Positions 31,142-45,058 of a stretch of 64,000 bases of DNA are shown here, in pieces (the first letter of the stretch is position 1; each line of letters opens with the position of its first letter). Under the pieces are notes generated by a model. The model saw nothing but the letters and a program-made list of their open reading frames with translations. It was not told the origin of the DNA and ran no database searches. Origin of the DNA: Eledone cirrhosa (Eukaryota); the NCBI GenBank assembly GCA_964016885.1, contig OZ024755.1:25234001-25298000 (forward strand). Reading direction: 5' to 3'. Position numbers and translations under genes: made by a program.

Positions 31142-31819
31142 TATAGTAATAATAATAAATTTGAAGACTAAAATCCAAAGAGAACATGTCTACGACTTCT
31201 TTTATACCATAAACGTGGTTCTGTCTTTGCGTGTAATTGGTTTTCACCGCTCCTATTAATGACGTATTATATTCGTTTTTTCCCGTTCTTTGCCAGGGAA
31301 CGTTTCCACGAACTAAAATATCGTCTTCCTGTCTTCCTCCAGTTGCAACGTTTTTTGAAATATCCACTTCTGCGTTTACAGATTGACTTTGTTAGTTTCA
31401 GAAGATCCCGTTAAGGGTGAAAGCAGCGATTCTTTGCTTAAACTTTAATCTGTTATTTTAATAAATATATATATATAATATACACATGTATTGCATGTGC
31501 CTGAGTTTGTTTATTACTAGGTAGACGTATGTTTATGTACACATGTATTTTAGATGGCAACTTTCCTGCTGCTGATGCTTTTATTATTGTTACTGTAAAC
31601 AGTTTGTTGAATATAGCGATAGAGGTTTTTATCAAGATGGTGGCCGGACCTTTTCGTAGAGTGGTGTTATGTTGTGTAAAATAGCAAATAGATATATTGT
31701 AACTGTGTTACGATATAGATATGTATTGTGGAAAATAGAGATATATTGAAACTGTTAGGATATAATTATGTATTGTGTAAAATAGAGAGGAGATATATTG
31801 TAACTGTGTTAGAATATAA

Positions 31820-32488
31820 TTATGTATTGTGTAAAATAGCGAATATATAGTTAAGTATTGTGTAAAATAGCGAATATATAGTTATGTATTGTGTAAAATA
31901 GCGAATATATAGTTAAGTATTGTGTAAAATAGCGAATATATAGTTAAGTATTGTGTAAAATAGCGAATATATAGTTATGTATTGTGTAAAATAGCGAATA
32001 TATAGTTATGTATTGTGTAAAATAGCGAATATATAGTTAAGTATTGTGTAAAATAGCGAATATATAGTTATGTATTGTGTAAAATAGCGAATATATAGTT
32101 ATGTATTGTGTAAAATAGCGAATATATAGTTATGTATTGTGTAAAATAGCGAATACATAGTTGTGTATTGTGTAAAATAGCGAATATATAGTTATGTATT
32201 GTGTAAAATAGCGAATATATAGTCATGTATTGTGTAAAATAGCGAATATATAGTTATGTATTGTGTAAAATAGCGAATATATAGTTATGTATTGTGTAAA
32301 ATAGCGAATATATAGTTATGTATTGTGTAAAATAGCGAATATATAGTTATGTATTGTGTAAAATAGCGAATATATAGTTATGTATTGTGTAAAATAGCGA
32401 ATATATAGTCATGTATTGTGTAAAATAGCGAATATATAGTTATGTATTGTGTAAAATAGCGAATATATAGTTATGTATTGGGTAAAAT
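31820..32488. repeat. 31-bp minisatellite, about 21 highly homogeneous copies
   Basis: Unit gtattgtgtaaaatagcgaatatatagttat, with degenerate precursors at about 31670-31820. Confidence 0.95.
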
Positions 32489-33136
32489 ATTTAAACTACA
32501 CTACAATATAGATATGTATTGTTTCAGGAAAGCCATTTCGATGGAAATAATGAATATAGAAGTGAAAACTAAAGTAGAGTAAGTCAGATGTGTGTGTGTG
32601 TGTGTGTGTGTGTGTTTATGTTTACTGCTTGTTATGTCACCTAACTGATCAATAGAAGACAATAATAAATATTGATGATGAAGATATGAACGACTAAATA
32701 CTTTCAATGCGGTGCTCTAGTATGACCGCAGTCTGACTGAAATCAGTTAAAGAATAAAAGGCATTATATATATATATATATATACCATTATCTTGGAATA
32801 TTTACTCCAGTAACTTGTTGAGTGCTCTATATCAGTTATAAACATTTATGTTTGTCGAAATTCCAACAAATTAAATACAACTCCTACACACACACACATA
32901 TATATATATATAGGATAACAAGTTATCGTTATAGGTAATCCAAATTCGAGGTCGTGGATAGTTTTAACGTACGGCTTTGTTTGACTCAACAAGATGCTTC
33001 CATAGATATGCAGCGAGTTCGCGGTAATTTCTATGCAGGTTATACCTGGAGTAATAATCAGCTGATCAACGAAACAATTGTCAGTATTTTAAATAAAACC
33101 CCTTATTGTACAAACCAACCATGTTACTCTTCATTC

Positions 33137-33211
<75 letters not shown>

Positions 33212-33255
33212 AAGTTAAATAAAAGTCAAATGATTAAAATTAAGCTTCGTTTATT

Positions 33256-33310
33256 ACTGCTATATATATTTCAGTGACAGCCATCTTTGGCTGTGACCTC
33301 TTCAGGCAGT
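33256..33310 (-). ncRNA. Minimal hammerhead ribozyme motif
   Basis: Reverse complement reads ACTGC-CTGAAGA-GGTCACAGCC aaagat GGCTGTCACT-GAAA-TATATA-TA-GCAGT. Perfect 5-bp stem I. Confidence 0.8.
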
Positions 33311-33426
33311 TTGAATTAGTATGGTATAGACAAGTACATATGTTGTTTAGGTGTATAATATTGTCAATACTCTGATATGCCCAGTTCCTTGTTGGGTTGT
33401 TAATTCACTGAGGAACTGGAGTCATA

Positions 33427-33507
<81 letters not shown>

Positions 33508-34035
33508 GATATGTCTCATATGAAATAATACAGCCAATTTTCCACACAATACATTTAGTTACCACCCTGAACGTTTAATTAGGAATATACTCACTTATTT
33601 CCTAATGTTTGTTGAGTGAGTTGGAATTTGGCCGGAGTATCGCTAAAAGCTTTCTCCGATAATGTATTTATATATATATATATATATAAAAGCAATTTAT
33701 ATACGTATATATATATAATTTCATTTATATTCCGGCTCTGTAAAACATCTGATGTATTTACATTGAGCTATTTTTCTTACTGGTAATAAGGTGGTAATGA
33801 ATTACTCACCTTTCCTGTTTATAATTATATATAGTGTATATATAAGTATAAATAATATTATTATTATTAACATTATAAGACTGCACTCTTCGTTATTGTT
33901 TTTGTTTTTTGTTTTAACTTATATATATATAAGGGCGGTTGACCGGGCTGGTAGCTGCTAAATGTTCGGCCGCCCTTATGTCTCTGATTTTCAACTGCAT
34001 GGAATTTGTCTAATATATTCCTTTGTTATATTTCG

Positions 34036-34094
34036 AATACCTGATGATGTCACCGGATTCATACTGAACCCGGTCATTGAAATGATCATAGTTT
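34036..34094 (+). ncRNA. Minimal hammerhead ribozyme motif
   Basis: CTGATGA (34041)-TGtcACCGG...CCGGTCA-TT-GAAA-TGATCA-TA-gtt. Palindromic stem III, weak stem I. Confidence 0.6.
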
Positions 34095-34157
34095 AATAAA
34101 CCTTTTAAGGAATTACACCAGTCCAGCTCCTGTTATTTTATAATATATATATACTCA

Positions 34158-34191
<34 letters not shown>

Positions 34192-34194
34192 TCA

Positions 34195-34252
<58 letters not shown>

Positions 34253-34342
34253 AGTATATATATATTATTAGCCTTCATAATATTGAATATTAAAACTCTA
34301 CTTCAGTATTGAGTACTCCTTTCTCTCAGATGTCAACCACAT

Positions 34343-34432
<90 letters not shown>

Positions 34433-34860
34433 TTGTATATATATATTCATACCAATGTAATGCAATATAGTACAGTGGTATACGTTAGTGAAAAAGTGCA
34501 AAGTAGTGTATAGTAAAAGAGTTGGAACGGTTCCAAAGATTACCTAAAATGGATGTTGGTTTAATCGTCAAGGTCATAACATCTTACACTACATCAACAT
34601 CTCTTAATGTTAGCTGTCGTTACTGGGTTTGCTTCGGTTTGGTTTGGGTTTTCGTTTGGTTTGTACTAGGTCTGTTCTCCCGGGATTCTGGTCTATTTGA
34701 AAAACAAAAACATTGTAGATTTCCCAGGGAACTGCGTCTTATCCTTGGATATTCAGAAAATATACAAATACATACAATTACACATATACATACATGCATG
34801 TCCACATACATACATAAAGACACACACACATATATGTATATGTTTACATATTTATATATA

Positions 34861-35135
34861 TTCTCTCTATATCAGCCTGTAGGTTGAGGAAAAGGAGGAG
34901 GAGAGGAAAGGAGTACAAGCTCTTCGTACTCCTGGAGATGAGGGTTGCACATTTTTTTTCGGGGGTATGTGTTACCCATATAAACTGTCTCCCTCTATTG
35001 GGGAAAATCGACTAACTTTTTTAAATTCCATCTGTGATAACATTTTACACGTTTTTATTGTATGTAAACTTCCCCCTTTGTATTTGTCCCCTTCTTTTGT
35101 GCCCCTGTGGCTAATAAAGAAATAAAAAAAAAAAT
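34861..35135 (+). mobile_element. Short 3' end of the same Tx1 family
   Basis: Nearly identical to 24488-24749; A-rich tail, then (TA)n. Confidence 0.9.
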
Positions 35136-35140
35136 AAAAA

Positions 35141-35218
<78 letters not shown>

Positions 35219-35301
35219 TATATATATATACATATGCATATGTATATATGCATATATATATATATACACACGTATGCATATATATATATATATACACACA
35301 C

Positions 35302-35417
<116 letters not shown>

Positions 35418-35501
35418 GTATATATATATATATATATATATATGTAAAAGTTAAACAGAAATAACACAATCAGTACAGTATATGGAAGGAATATATTAGG
35501 T

Positions 35502-35586
<85 letters not shown>

Positions 35587-36474
35587 CATATGTATAATGT
35601 ATATATATGTATATTATATTTTCAAAATCAAGAACGCGTTTAAATATAAGTTTGAAATCATGGGGTTTAAATACACAACACGTCTCAGATATCCGAATGG
35701 TAAATGTCAGCAGAAGGGCACCTAAGAGTCATGACCTGAATTCAGCCCGACTCACTTAGTGTGTAAGAAGTTAAGGGCTGAAACACTCGCTTCTGGAAGG
35801 TGTTGGTGGTGGTGGGTTCTTGCCTGAAGACCTTCTGCTGTCCATCTCTTCTGAGAGTTTCTTACCTCCAATATATATTTTCAGATTTTTTCCAACCCTC
35901 CCTCCCCTCTTTGTATTTTGCTAATCTATCTCCGGTGAAATTTTATTTTAAGTGGTAGCATTTCTGCGACAATTAATTTTCTTTAGACATTAAAATATAT
36001 TATATATGACAAAATAGTACATTACTAGAAATCCTATTTGTTATAAAATGAATAGGATATGTTGGGGTCTCAATATATAAACTAAACGACTAATTGTGTT
36101 TACCAAAAAAACTCAAAGGAGACAACCTACAAAAAATTAACAATTTTCTGTACACATCCCCTCGCAGCTTATTCCAACACCTTCTATTATTTGGGACCCA
36201 AGAGTAACCACACAGTTTCGATGCATACGGCGTTACCTGGGCCCTAGCTGTTTCAGTAGCTTACAAAACGTCTAGCTAGTACAAAGAAAAATGTAAGTTT
36301 GTTGTGGAGGATAAATATTTGTAGAATACAGAGTCAGTATTTTCGCCTCCGAACATTTCTGTTTAACATGAGGCTGGCTAATGTGATTATTATTTTTAGC
36401 TGGGCTTGCTATCATATACAGGTTTCATCAAGTATTTGTTATTCTTTTAGTTGTTGCTGTATTTTAGCCCTAGG

Positions 36475-36737
36475 CAAGGGCCTTGTTTCAGGGAGGTACC
36501 AGGGGACAAGTCACCCCCCCCCTTTTTTTTTCAAACGTCTATGTTTTATTTTTTGTTTATTTGATATAAATTCTTTTTAAGCTTATTTTTTTATTTGAAT
36601 ATATCAAATTTAATTAGCGTAAAATTTTACTTATGTGACAGGGTCAGGGAAAGGTACCATAAGTAATTTATGCTCCTTTAAGAATCAGCAAATGTTGGTT
36701 TGTCCCCCTCACATTTTAAAGGCAAACGAGGCCCCTG
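36475..36737. mobile_element. hAT-like MITE
   Basis: TIRs CAAGGGCCTTGTTT / AAACGAGGCCCCTG and 8-bp TSD gccctagg / gccgtagg. Confidence 0.7.
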
Positions 36738-37110
36738 GCCGTAGGTCAGCCCTGATCCAGAAAGAAACACACGATTAAATGTGTTCTATAAGTGCTCCTC
36801 GTGCATTGTGTTATGAGAAGGATTTGTAGTCATATTTATCAGGTCGAGCGACCTGGCAAGGACTCCATCGGTGTCTGGAGCCTCTCACATATTTTCCCAG
36901 GGACTCAGTGTTGATATTCAAATAACTATAGTTAGAGGAAGCAGATAAGTGTGTAGGGGGTAGAGAGAGTTACAGTGACATATGTCGGAGATGGGCTTCA
37001 CAGCTATTTCTTTCTCTCTATATATATATACATTATGGAGGGTGTACATATATATATATATACACATACTATATATAAATATATATATAATTACCATTTC
37101 TGTGTTTCTG

Positions 37111-37158
<48 letters not shown>

Positions 37159-37254
37159 CATTATGGAGGGTGTACATATATATATATATATACACATACT
37201 ATATATAAATATATATATAATTACCATTTCTGTGTTTCTGTCTCTCTCTCTCTC

Positions 37255-37305
<51 letters not shown>

Positions 37306-37306
37306 A

Positions 37307-37357
<51 letters not shown>

Positions 37358-37515
37358 GCGTGTGTGTGTGCATCTGTAAGATTATGTCGAAAGTAGAACA
37401 CACAGGGCTTGACATTTTAAAAGTCATCCTTAATGAGTGAAAACAAAGATACGATACACCACCACCACTACCACTATCACCACTACCACCACCACTACTA
37501 CTACTACCACCACCA

Positions 37516-37547
<32 letters not shown>

Positions 37548-38381
37548 GAACGTCGTCTGATAGAGTTAGTTATTCTGTATGTCACAGCAGATGACAGTTT
37601 CAATTCATGCAGGTGATACTGTTCCTACATATATATATAGAGAGAGATTATATATTTATATATATACATGTCTATATATACTCATATATATATTTACACA
37701 CACACATATGTGAGTGTCTGTCTGTGTGTGTATGAGTGTGTGTGTGTATGAGTGTCTGTGTGTGTGAGTGTCTGTCTGTGTGTGTATGAGTGTCTGTCTA
37801 TGTGTGTCTGTGTGTATGAGTGTATGTGTGTATGAGTGTCTGTGTGTGTGTGTGTATGAGTGTCTGTCTATGTGTGTGTGTGTCTGTGTGTATGAGTGTC
37901 TGTGTGTGTGTGTGTGTGAGTGTCTGTCTGTGTGTGTATGAGTGTGTGTGTGTGTCTGTGTGTATGAGTGTCTGTGTGTGTGTGTATGAGTGTCTGTCTG
38001 TGTGTGTGAGTGAGTGTCTGTCTGTGTGTGTGTATGAGTGTCTGTCTATGTGTGTGTGTGTGTGTGTATGAGTGTCTCTGTGTGTGTGTGTGTGAGTGTC
38101 TGTCTGTGTGTGTGTGTATGAGTGTATGTGTCTGTGTGTGTGCATACATACGTGTTTTTTAATGTCAGCTAATTAGTAATGTTCTCGTTACCACTGGTAA
38201 CGAGATATATGATCAATAATGGAAACCGTACACTCACACACACACACACGCCCATACACTCTCTCACACTCACACACACCCACACATGTAAATCAATAAC
38301 TGTCTCAAGTTCAATATAATATGATAGACAAATACACCTGTTTGTTAGTTGTAATGCATAACACACCTAGACGACAAATAT

Positions 38382-38460
<79 letters not shown>

Positions 38461-38466
<6 letters not shown>

Positions 38467-38819
38467 AAAAAGGGATGAAATCGAAAATGCAACTGAAGTC
38501 TTATTTTTTTAAAAAATATATATATTTATTTGGTTCCTTTACCGGTTTCGCAGTTCTTCTGATTTTCAAAAGGTGAGTTGAGATGGAGGGTCTGTGGTTT
38601 TTCTCACACCACCATGTGAGAAAAACCACAGACCCTCCATCTCAACTCACCTTTTGAAAAGCAGAAGAACTGCGAAACCGGTAAAAGAACCAAATAAATA
38701 TATATATTTTTTAAAAAAATAAGACTTCAGTTGCATTTTCGATTTCATCCCTTTTTCTTTATACTTCCACTCGTCTAGGACACCTCGGTTATTTTTCATT
38801 TTGTAAAAAAAAACCTCAC

Positions 38820-38825
<6 letters not shown>
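38461..38825 (+). mobile_element. Fold-back PLE-like terminal repeat: 148-bp arms plus tail
   Basis: Arms 38461-38608 and 38615-38762, with about 2 mismatches seen and a 6-nt loop. Contains GCAG..CTGC-GAAA-CCGG-TA. Unpaired tail of about 60 nt, (TA)n on both sides. Confidence 0.7.
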
Positions 38826-38859
<34 letters not shown>

Positions 38860-39009
38860 GTAAGTATGTATACGTACATACATATATGTATACAGACGTA
38901 CAGTAGTATGTATATACGTCTGTATACATATATGTATGTACGTATACATACTTACATTTAAGTATCAGCCGTACTAAGAGTGAGAAATGAAATTTCATTT
39001 CATTCTTTT

Positions 39010-39061
<52 letters not shown>

Positions 39062-39150
39062 CTGTTGTTGTTGTTGTTGTTGTTGTTCTGTTTTGTCTCT
39101 GCTGATAACGATAGAATCGTTACAAATGCGCAGACACACAGAGAGAGGGG

Positions 39151-39200
<50 letters not shown>

Positions 39201-39577
39201 TATGTCGTTCTTCGACAACGAGAGATCAATGAAATATGTACCATACTTTAATAAAATATGTACTGGGTTCGATATGATCACCAAAATCCCTTTAGGGTGG
39301 TGCTCCAGTATGGCTTCAGTCTTTTGATTGTAACCGGTAAAGGAGTATGCTACCCCAGCATGGCCGTAGTCTAATGACTGAAATCTGTTAAACTATTAAA
39401 AAAAAACACACACAGTGATATCTAAAGAAAAAAAAAAAATTAGAAAACACCACCACAACCACCATCATCATCATATTAACAACAACAACAACAGCAACAG
39501 CAGCAGCAGCAACATTACTAACAGTGAGTGTCATACTGTCACTATATGCTTCAGACATAGGAAAGCAACACTACTGC

Positions 39578-40280
39578 ATGGCTTGCTGGTTAGAGGATTG
39601 GGGTTGCAATCGGGAGGTTGTGAGTTCGATTCTCGGACCGGGTGATGCGTTGTGTCCTTGAGCAAGTAACTTTATTTCACGTCGCTTCAGTTTACTCAGC
39701 TGTAGAAATGAGTTGCAGCGTCACAGGTGCCAAGCTGTATACGGCCATTGCCTTTCCCTTGGACATCATCGGTGGCGTGGAGTGGGGGAGACTGGTATGC
39801 ATGGCTGACTGCTGGTCTTCCACAAACAGCCTTGTCCAGATTGTGCTTCGGAGGAGAACTTTCTAGGTGCAAATCCCACGGCCATTCGTGACTGAAGGGA
39901 GCCTTTACCAGTTACCCATATATATATATATATTTCGCAATCGTAAGGTTGTGAGTTCGATTCCTGGACCAGGTGATGCGTTATGTTCTTGAGCAAGACA
40001 CTTTATTTCACGTTGCTCCTTCTACCTGGAGTTGCGAGCGATAGATAGTATTAGCAATTGGAAAGACCAATGGAAACATTGTTTCCTCGGTCCGATTTGA
40101 CGATCGACTGTCGATATATATATATATATTGGTGGTGAGGAGAAGGGAGACTGGTACACATGGGCAACTGCTAGATTGCTAGTCTTCCACAAACAACCTT
40201 GCCCGGACTTATACCTCGGAGGGGAGCTTTCTAGGTGCAAGTCCCATTCGTGACCGAAGGAGGTCTTTACCCTTTAACGT
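39578..40280 (+). mobile_element. Two adjacent CORE-like tRNA-derived SINEs (family B)
   Basis: GAGTTCGATTC B-box followed by TCCTTGAGCAAG..CTTTATTTCACGTTGCT. Reverse-oriented relatives at about 2940-3180, 10585-10690, 20255-20475 and 59240-59470. Confidence 0.75.
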
Positions 40281-40590
40281 TTACTGCAATATACCAACAC
40301 TACTGCAATATACCAACACTACTGGAAAGCTATAACACTAACAAGATGAACATTAGCGAAGAGTTGACTGTATAAACATGTGTGTCTACTTAGGAGATAG
40401 AAAATATTTTTTAAATCTACTATAGAACGGAAATATTAATACAAAGAGGAAATAGTTTAAATTATACCTCACGTTCGTTAATAGAAATACAGTCGCACAC
40501 CTGTGAGAAACATATCTAGAAATTAACTTCACATACGTGTGCACAAACATATGCACATACACAGAGATGTGTATATACACACATATATAT

Positions 40591-40626
<36 letters not shown>

Positions 40627-40802
40627 TAAAGTAATATCTGTATAAATATAGAGTATCTAACCAAGCGCACTTCTTAATATGAATATATATATATATGAAA
40701 ATGTTAGACCCCGACGGCAGAGCTCAAGCCGTTTCGACGGCTATTTCTGGTTCCTTACCACACCTCCTTCGTTATATATATATATATCTATATATATATA
40801 TC

Positions 40803-40955
40803 CACACTAGAAGAGGAAGACCAAGGTTAACGTATGTTGATGCCCTAAGGACAGACACTGGTCTGTTGGAGACGCAGGACATGGCAGCGATAATGAGGGA
40901 CAAAGACCGCTGGAGAGAACTCGTCCATGGATCTCGGGAATTTTACCCGCCTTAG
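40803..40955 (+). mobile_element. RTE-clade LINE 3' end (same family as 61497)
   Basis: RRGRPRLTYVDALRTDTGLLETQDMAAIMRDKDRWRELVHGSREFYPP*. Confidence 0.85.
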
Positions 40956-41290
40956 AATATATATCCATTGAAAGAAAATATATTCTTTTAATGGATAGGT
41001 GGTGAGCCGTGTTAATCTAGAGTTTCACCTGTGCACTCGCAGAACCACCAGGCAAGTAGTGAGAGCATCGCTGGCAGGGCTGCTTCAGTATCTATTCTTT
41101 GTTTATATTTTGCTGTGTCCCAGTAAAGATTGCTCAAATAAATCTTTTCTTTTCATTACACCTGATGACGTCGTTGATTGTTTTTCATCATGTTATGATG
41201 GCTAAGCCGGCCACAGAAATATGTATTATGTAATTATGCAACAATAAAAGAACCTATTGGAATCAGACCGTTTCATTATTCTCATTGGAG

Positions 41291-41321
<31 letters not shown>

Positions 41322-41489
41322 ACTCCAATGTATATATATATATATATATATTTATACATGCATACATTCATATACATATATATAGAGGGAGAGAGATAGA
41401 ACATTCGAAGGTAATATCGGTAGTAGTAGAGCACTCAGTCCATGGGAAGAGTTTGGTAGAAGTAGTAACACAACAGTTAGTTCACCATA

Positions 41490-41530
41490 CTGAGAACAAT
41501 TGTTTCACCTTATGCGGCTCTTCAGCTCGG
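41490..41530 (-). ncRNA. Minimal hammerhead ribozyme motif
   Basis: Reverse complement reads GAG-CTGAAGA-GCC gcataa GGT-GAAA-CAATTG-TT-CTC. It lies in the loop of a fold-back at about 41457-41577. Confidence 0.7.
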
Positions 41531-41834
41531 ACTGAAGCTCCGGTATGGTGAACTAACTGTTGTGTTACTACTTCTATATATATATATGTGTCGTCATTGA
41601 AATATATATCACAGCATTAGTATCGGTAGAGGGTCGGACGCCATGCTTTCAAGCATAGTTACGTCCCTTTACGATCTGAGTTCAAATCCCGCCGAGGTTG
41701 ACTTTGCCTTTCATCCTTACGGGGTCGATAAAATAAAGTACCAGTGATGCACTGGGTAATTGCTGGCCTTGTGCCTAAAGTAGAAACAATTATTAAAGGA
41801 CTTGAACATCTGAAACTACTTCGCTTTTACTTAT

Positions 41835-41881
<47 letters not shown>

Positions 41882-42355
41882 ACAGTATATACACACACAT
41901 ACATATATATGGGGGTTTGTAAAAGCTAGTATTTCTTATATATATCACCACAAGGATTGTCCATGCAGATCAGTCGTATTCATCATATACATTTGACGGC
42001 AAACACGGTGTGTGTGTGTGTATGTATTTGTGCGTGTGAGTCTTTGTATATACATATATATATGATTGTGAGTGTTTGTATATATGTATGTGAGCGTGCG
42101 CATATATGAGTGGGAGTATGTATGTCTATGTGTGTGTGTGTGTGTGTGTGAATGTAGAAAAGAAAAGGCAAACCTGAATGTATATCATGTAAGGAGAGAT
42201 AGTGAGGGAGGGAGAAAGTGGGCAAGACTGATGAAAGACGTGAGGTAGAGGAGAGGGGGATAAGGCTGTGATGTGGAGTAGTAGTAGTAGTAGTAGCAGC
42301 AGCAGCAGTAGTAATAGTAGTAGTAGCAGTAGTAGTAGTAGCAGAGCAGCAGCAG

Positions 42356-42393
<38 letters not shown>

Positions 42394-42542
42394 AGAAGGG
42401 GCTAGGTTTGATTTCAGTGAAATAATTGATACTCTCTACTCTGGAATATCTGTGTCAGTTTAATAACTTACATTTTGATGTTATCTTCTATACCATGTTG
42501 ATATCCAATATCATATATCACTCCTCTCACTCACTTACTCTT

Positions 42543-42582
<40 letters not shown>

Positions 42583-43178
42583 ACACCATCTCTTTTACTC
42601 TTTCTCTCTCTCTCTCCCACATCATCTCTCTTACTATCTCTCTCTCTCCCACATCATCTCTCTTACTCTCTCTCTCTCTCCCACATCATCTCTTTTATTC
42701 TTTGTTTCCCTTTCTCACTCAAACACCATGTCCCTCACTCCCTCTTTTTCACTCTTTCTTTGTCTCAAGCTTCAACATCACTCTCTCTCTCTCTCACCAT
42801 CTCTACGTCTCTTCATCTCCAGCTGATTCTCTCCCTCTACCCCCCCCCTATGTCTCTCCTCTCCCCCTCCCACTGATTTCCTCCGCTCACCTTCTCGCTC
42901 TTTCACCATCTCTATGTCTCCCTCCCCCCTTTTCTCTATCTTTCTCAACACTGCTGTTTCTAAAATGGTGGATCTTGTTCCCAATACTTGCAGTACCTTT
43001 CCATCTGTTGACTAGCCAACTGTGACTGTGTAATTAAGTATATATACATATATATATAAATATGTGTGTGTTATTGTCTGCCTGCATAAATAAATGTATG
43101 TGTATTATTTATGCAATTTGAATCGAAATAGATTCTGAATACGTCCTTAAAGAATCCATAGCCCGCCTCCTGTCTCTG

Positions 43179-43276
<98 letters not shown>

Positions 43277-43377
43277 GTTTCGTTGGCAAATATATCAATG
43301 TGCTCAGACACGCAGATATATTGTTCTGGTGATGCAGCTTGATGGAGTATGCAACTATTGATATACTCTTGTTTATA

Positions 43378-43424
43378 GGCTCTGATGATTCCTGCCTTAG
43401 GGTATGGATGAAACACTGTTAGCT
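43378..43424 (+). ncRNA. Minimal hammerhead ribozyme motif
   Basis: GGCT-CTGATGA-TTCC tgccttagggtat GGAT-GAAA-CACTG-TT-AGCT, followed by AATAAA. Confidence 0.6.
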
Positions 43425-43469
43425 AATAAAACAATGCATTTCTAAGCATTCTTTGGTTATTCCTAAACC

Positions 43470-43520
<51 letters not shown>

Positions 43521-43796
43521 GTGGAGGGCAGCACTGTTAGCTCTACAAACGATAGAAACTAAACCCAACACTTAGGTAGAGTGGTGTATATTTCATTATA
43601 AACCAGTCAGTGTCGTTCAATATCCCGTTCTACAAATAAGTGGCAGACAATTGATATATTCTGGGGTGATATGATCGACTAAACCCTTCCACACTGTGTA
43701 CTCTAGCATTACCACTGTCCAATGACTGGAACCAGTAAAAGGGTTTTTGTTTCGTTTTCAGGGTATTCTGAAATTGTATTCGGATGAACGCATTAA

Positions 43797-44005
43797 CCCT
43801 TTAATGTTCAAACCGGCCAGAATTCTCTACCTCTTTCTGTTGAAGCTGGCTGTAATTGGTCGCTCAAACTGATGTTAAGGTATTGTTCTCAAAATAAATA
43901 CTTTCAAAATCTCATAGATTCGATATTATGTGAGATATTATATGAGATAAAGCCTTTACCATGAAAATATAATAGTATATATAGAGCAATGTGAATATTA
44001 AAGGG
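43797..44005. mobile_element. piggyBac-like MITE (second diverged copy at about 1575-1807)
   Basis: TTAA-CCCTTTAATGTTC...GAATATTAAAGGG-TTAA. The internal sequence is shared with 1575-1807. Confidence 0.75.
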
Positions 44006-44028
44006 TTAAAGGTAGAAGATCAAATATC

Positions 44029-44206
<178 letters not shown>

Positions 44207-44384
44207 TGTATGTATGTATGAGTGTGAATGTCACCGCATGTGGTTGACGACTGAGAAAATGGAGCATCCAATACCGAAGTAGTGTTTTGATATTCATTAT
44301 TATTAAAGTACCAGTAATGTACTGGGTAATTGGTGGCCTTGTGCCAAAAGTAGAAACAATTATTATTAAGTCTAAAAAGTGAGT

Positions 44385-44430
44385 CTTATTACTCTGGAGT
44401 TTCGCCTGTTTACCACAGGGTCATCATAAA
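44385..44430 (-). ncRNA. Hammerhead motif (ATGATGA variant) in a fold-back
   Basis: Reverse complement reads ATGATGA-CCCTGT ggtaa ACAGG-C-GAAA-CTC ca GAG-TA. A related + copy (CTAATGA...GAAACTCC) is at about 44698-44732. Confidence 0.5.
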
Positions 44431-44505
44431 ATAACCCTGTCATAAACAATCGAAACTCCAGTCAGTGTAACAAGAGTCACTTTTTAGCCTTAATATAAAT
44501 GAATA

Positions 44506-44643
<138 letters not shown>

Positions 44644-44644
44644 C

Positions 44645-44685
<41 letters not shown>

Positions 44686-44829
44686 CAGGGTCATCATCTA
44701 ATGACCCCGTGATAAACAGATGAAACTCCAACAATTTCTATACTTTAATTTATATATATATACATACATATATATACATATATATATACATATATATATA
44801 CATATATATATATATACATTTATATATAT

Positions 44830-44868
<39 letters not shown>

Positions 44869-45022
44869 TATATACATATATATATATATACATATACATA
44901 TATATACACATATATATATACATATATATATACATATATATATATACTTATATAAATACATATATATATATACAATCAGCATAATTAACCATGTAAAAAA
45001 TCAATTAGACCAAACTATAAGG

Positions 45023-45058
<36 letters not shown>

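Noticed and set aside
31820-32488. 31-bp repeat of CRISPR-like length
   Set aside because: Head-to-tail minisatellite without spacers.
38461-38762. Long palindromes as pre-miRNA, rho-independent terminators or sequencing fold-back artefacts
   Set aside because: Arms are too long for pre-miRNA and terminators do not apply. The arms contain mismatches, and the same architecture with ribozyme and tail motifs recurs across families, although read-level confirmation is still advisable.
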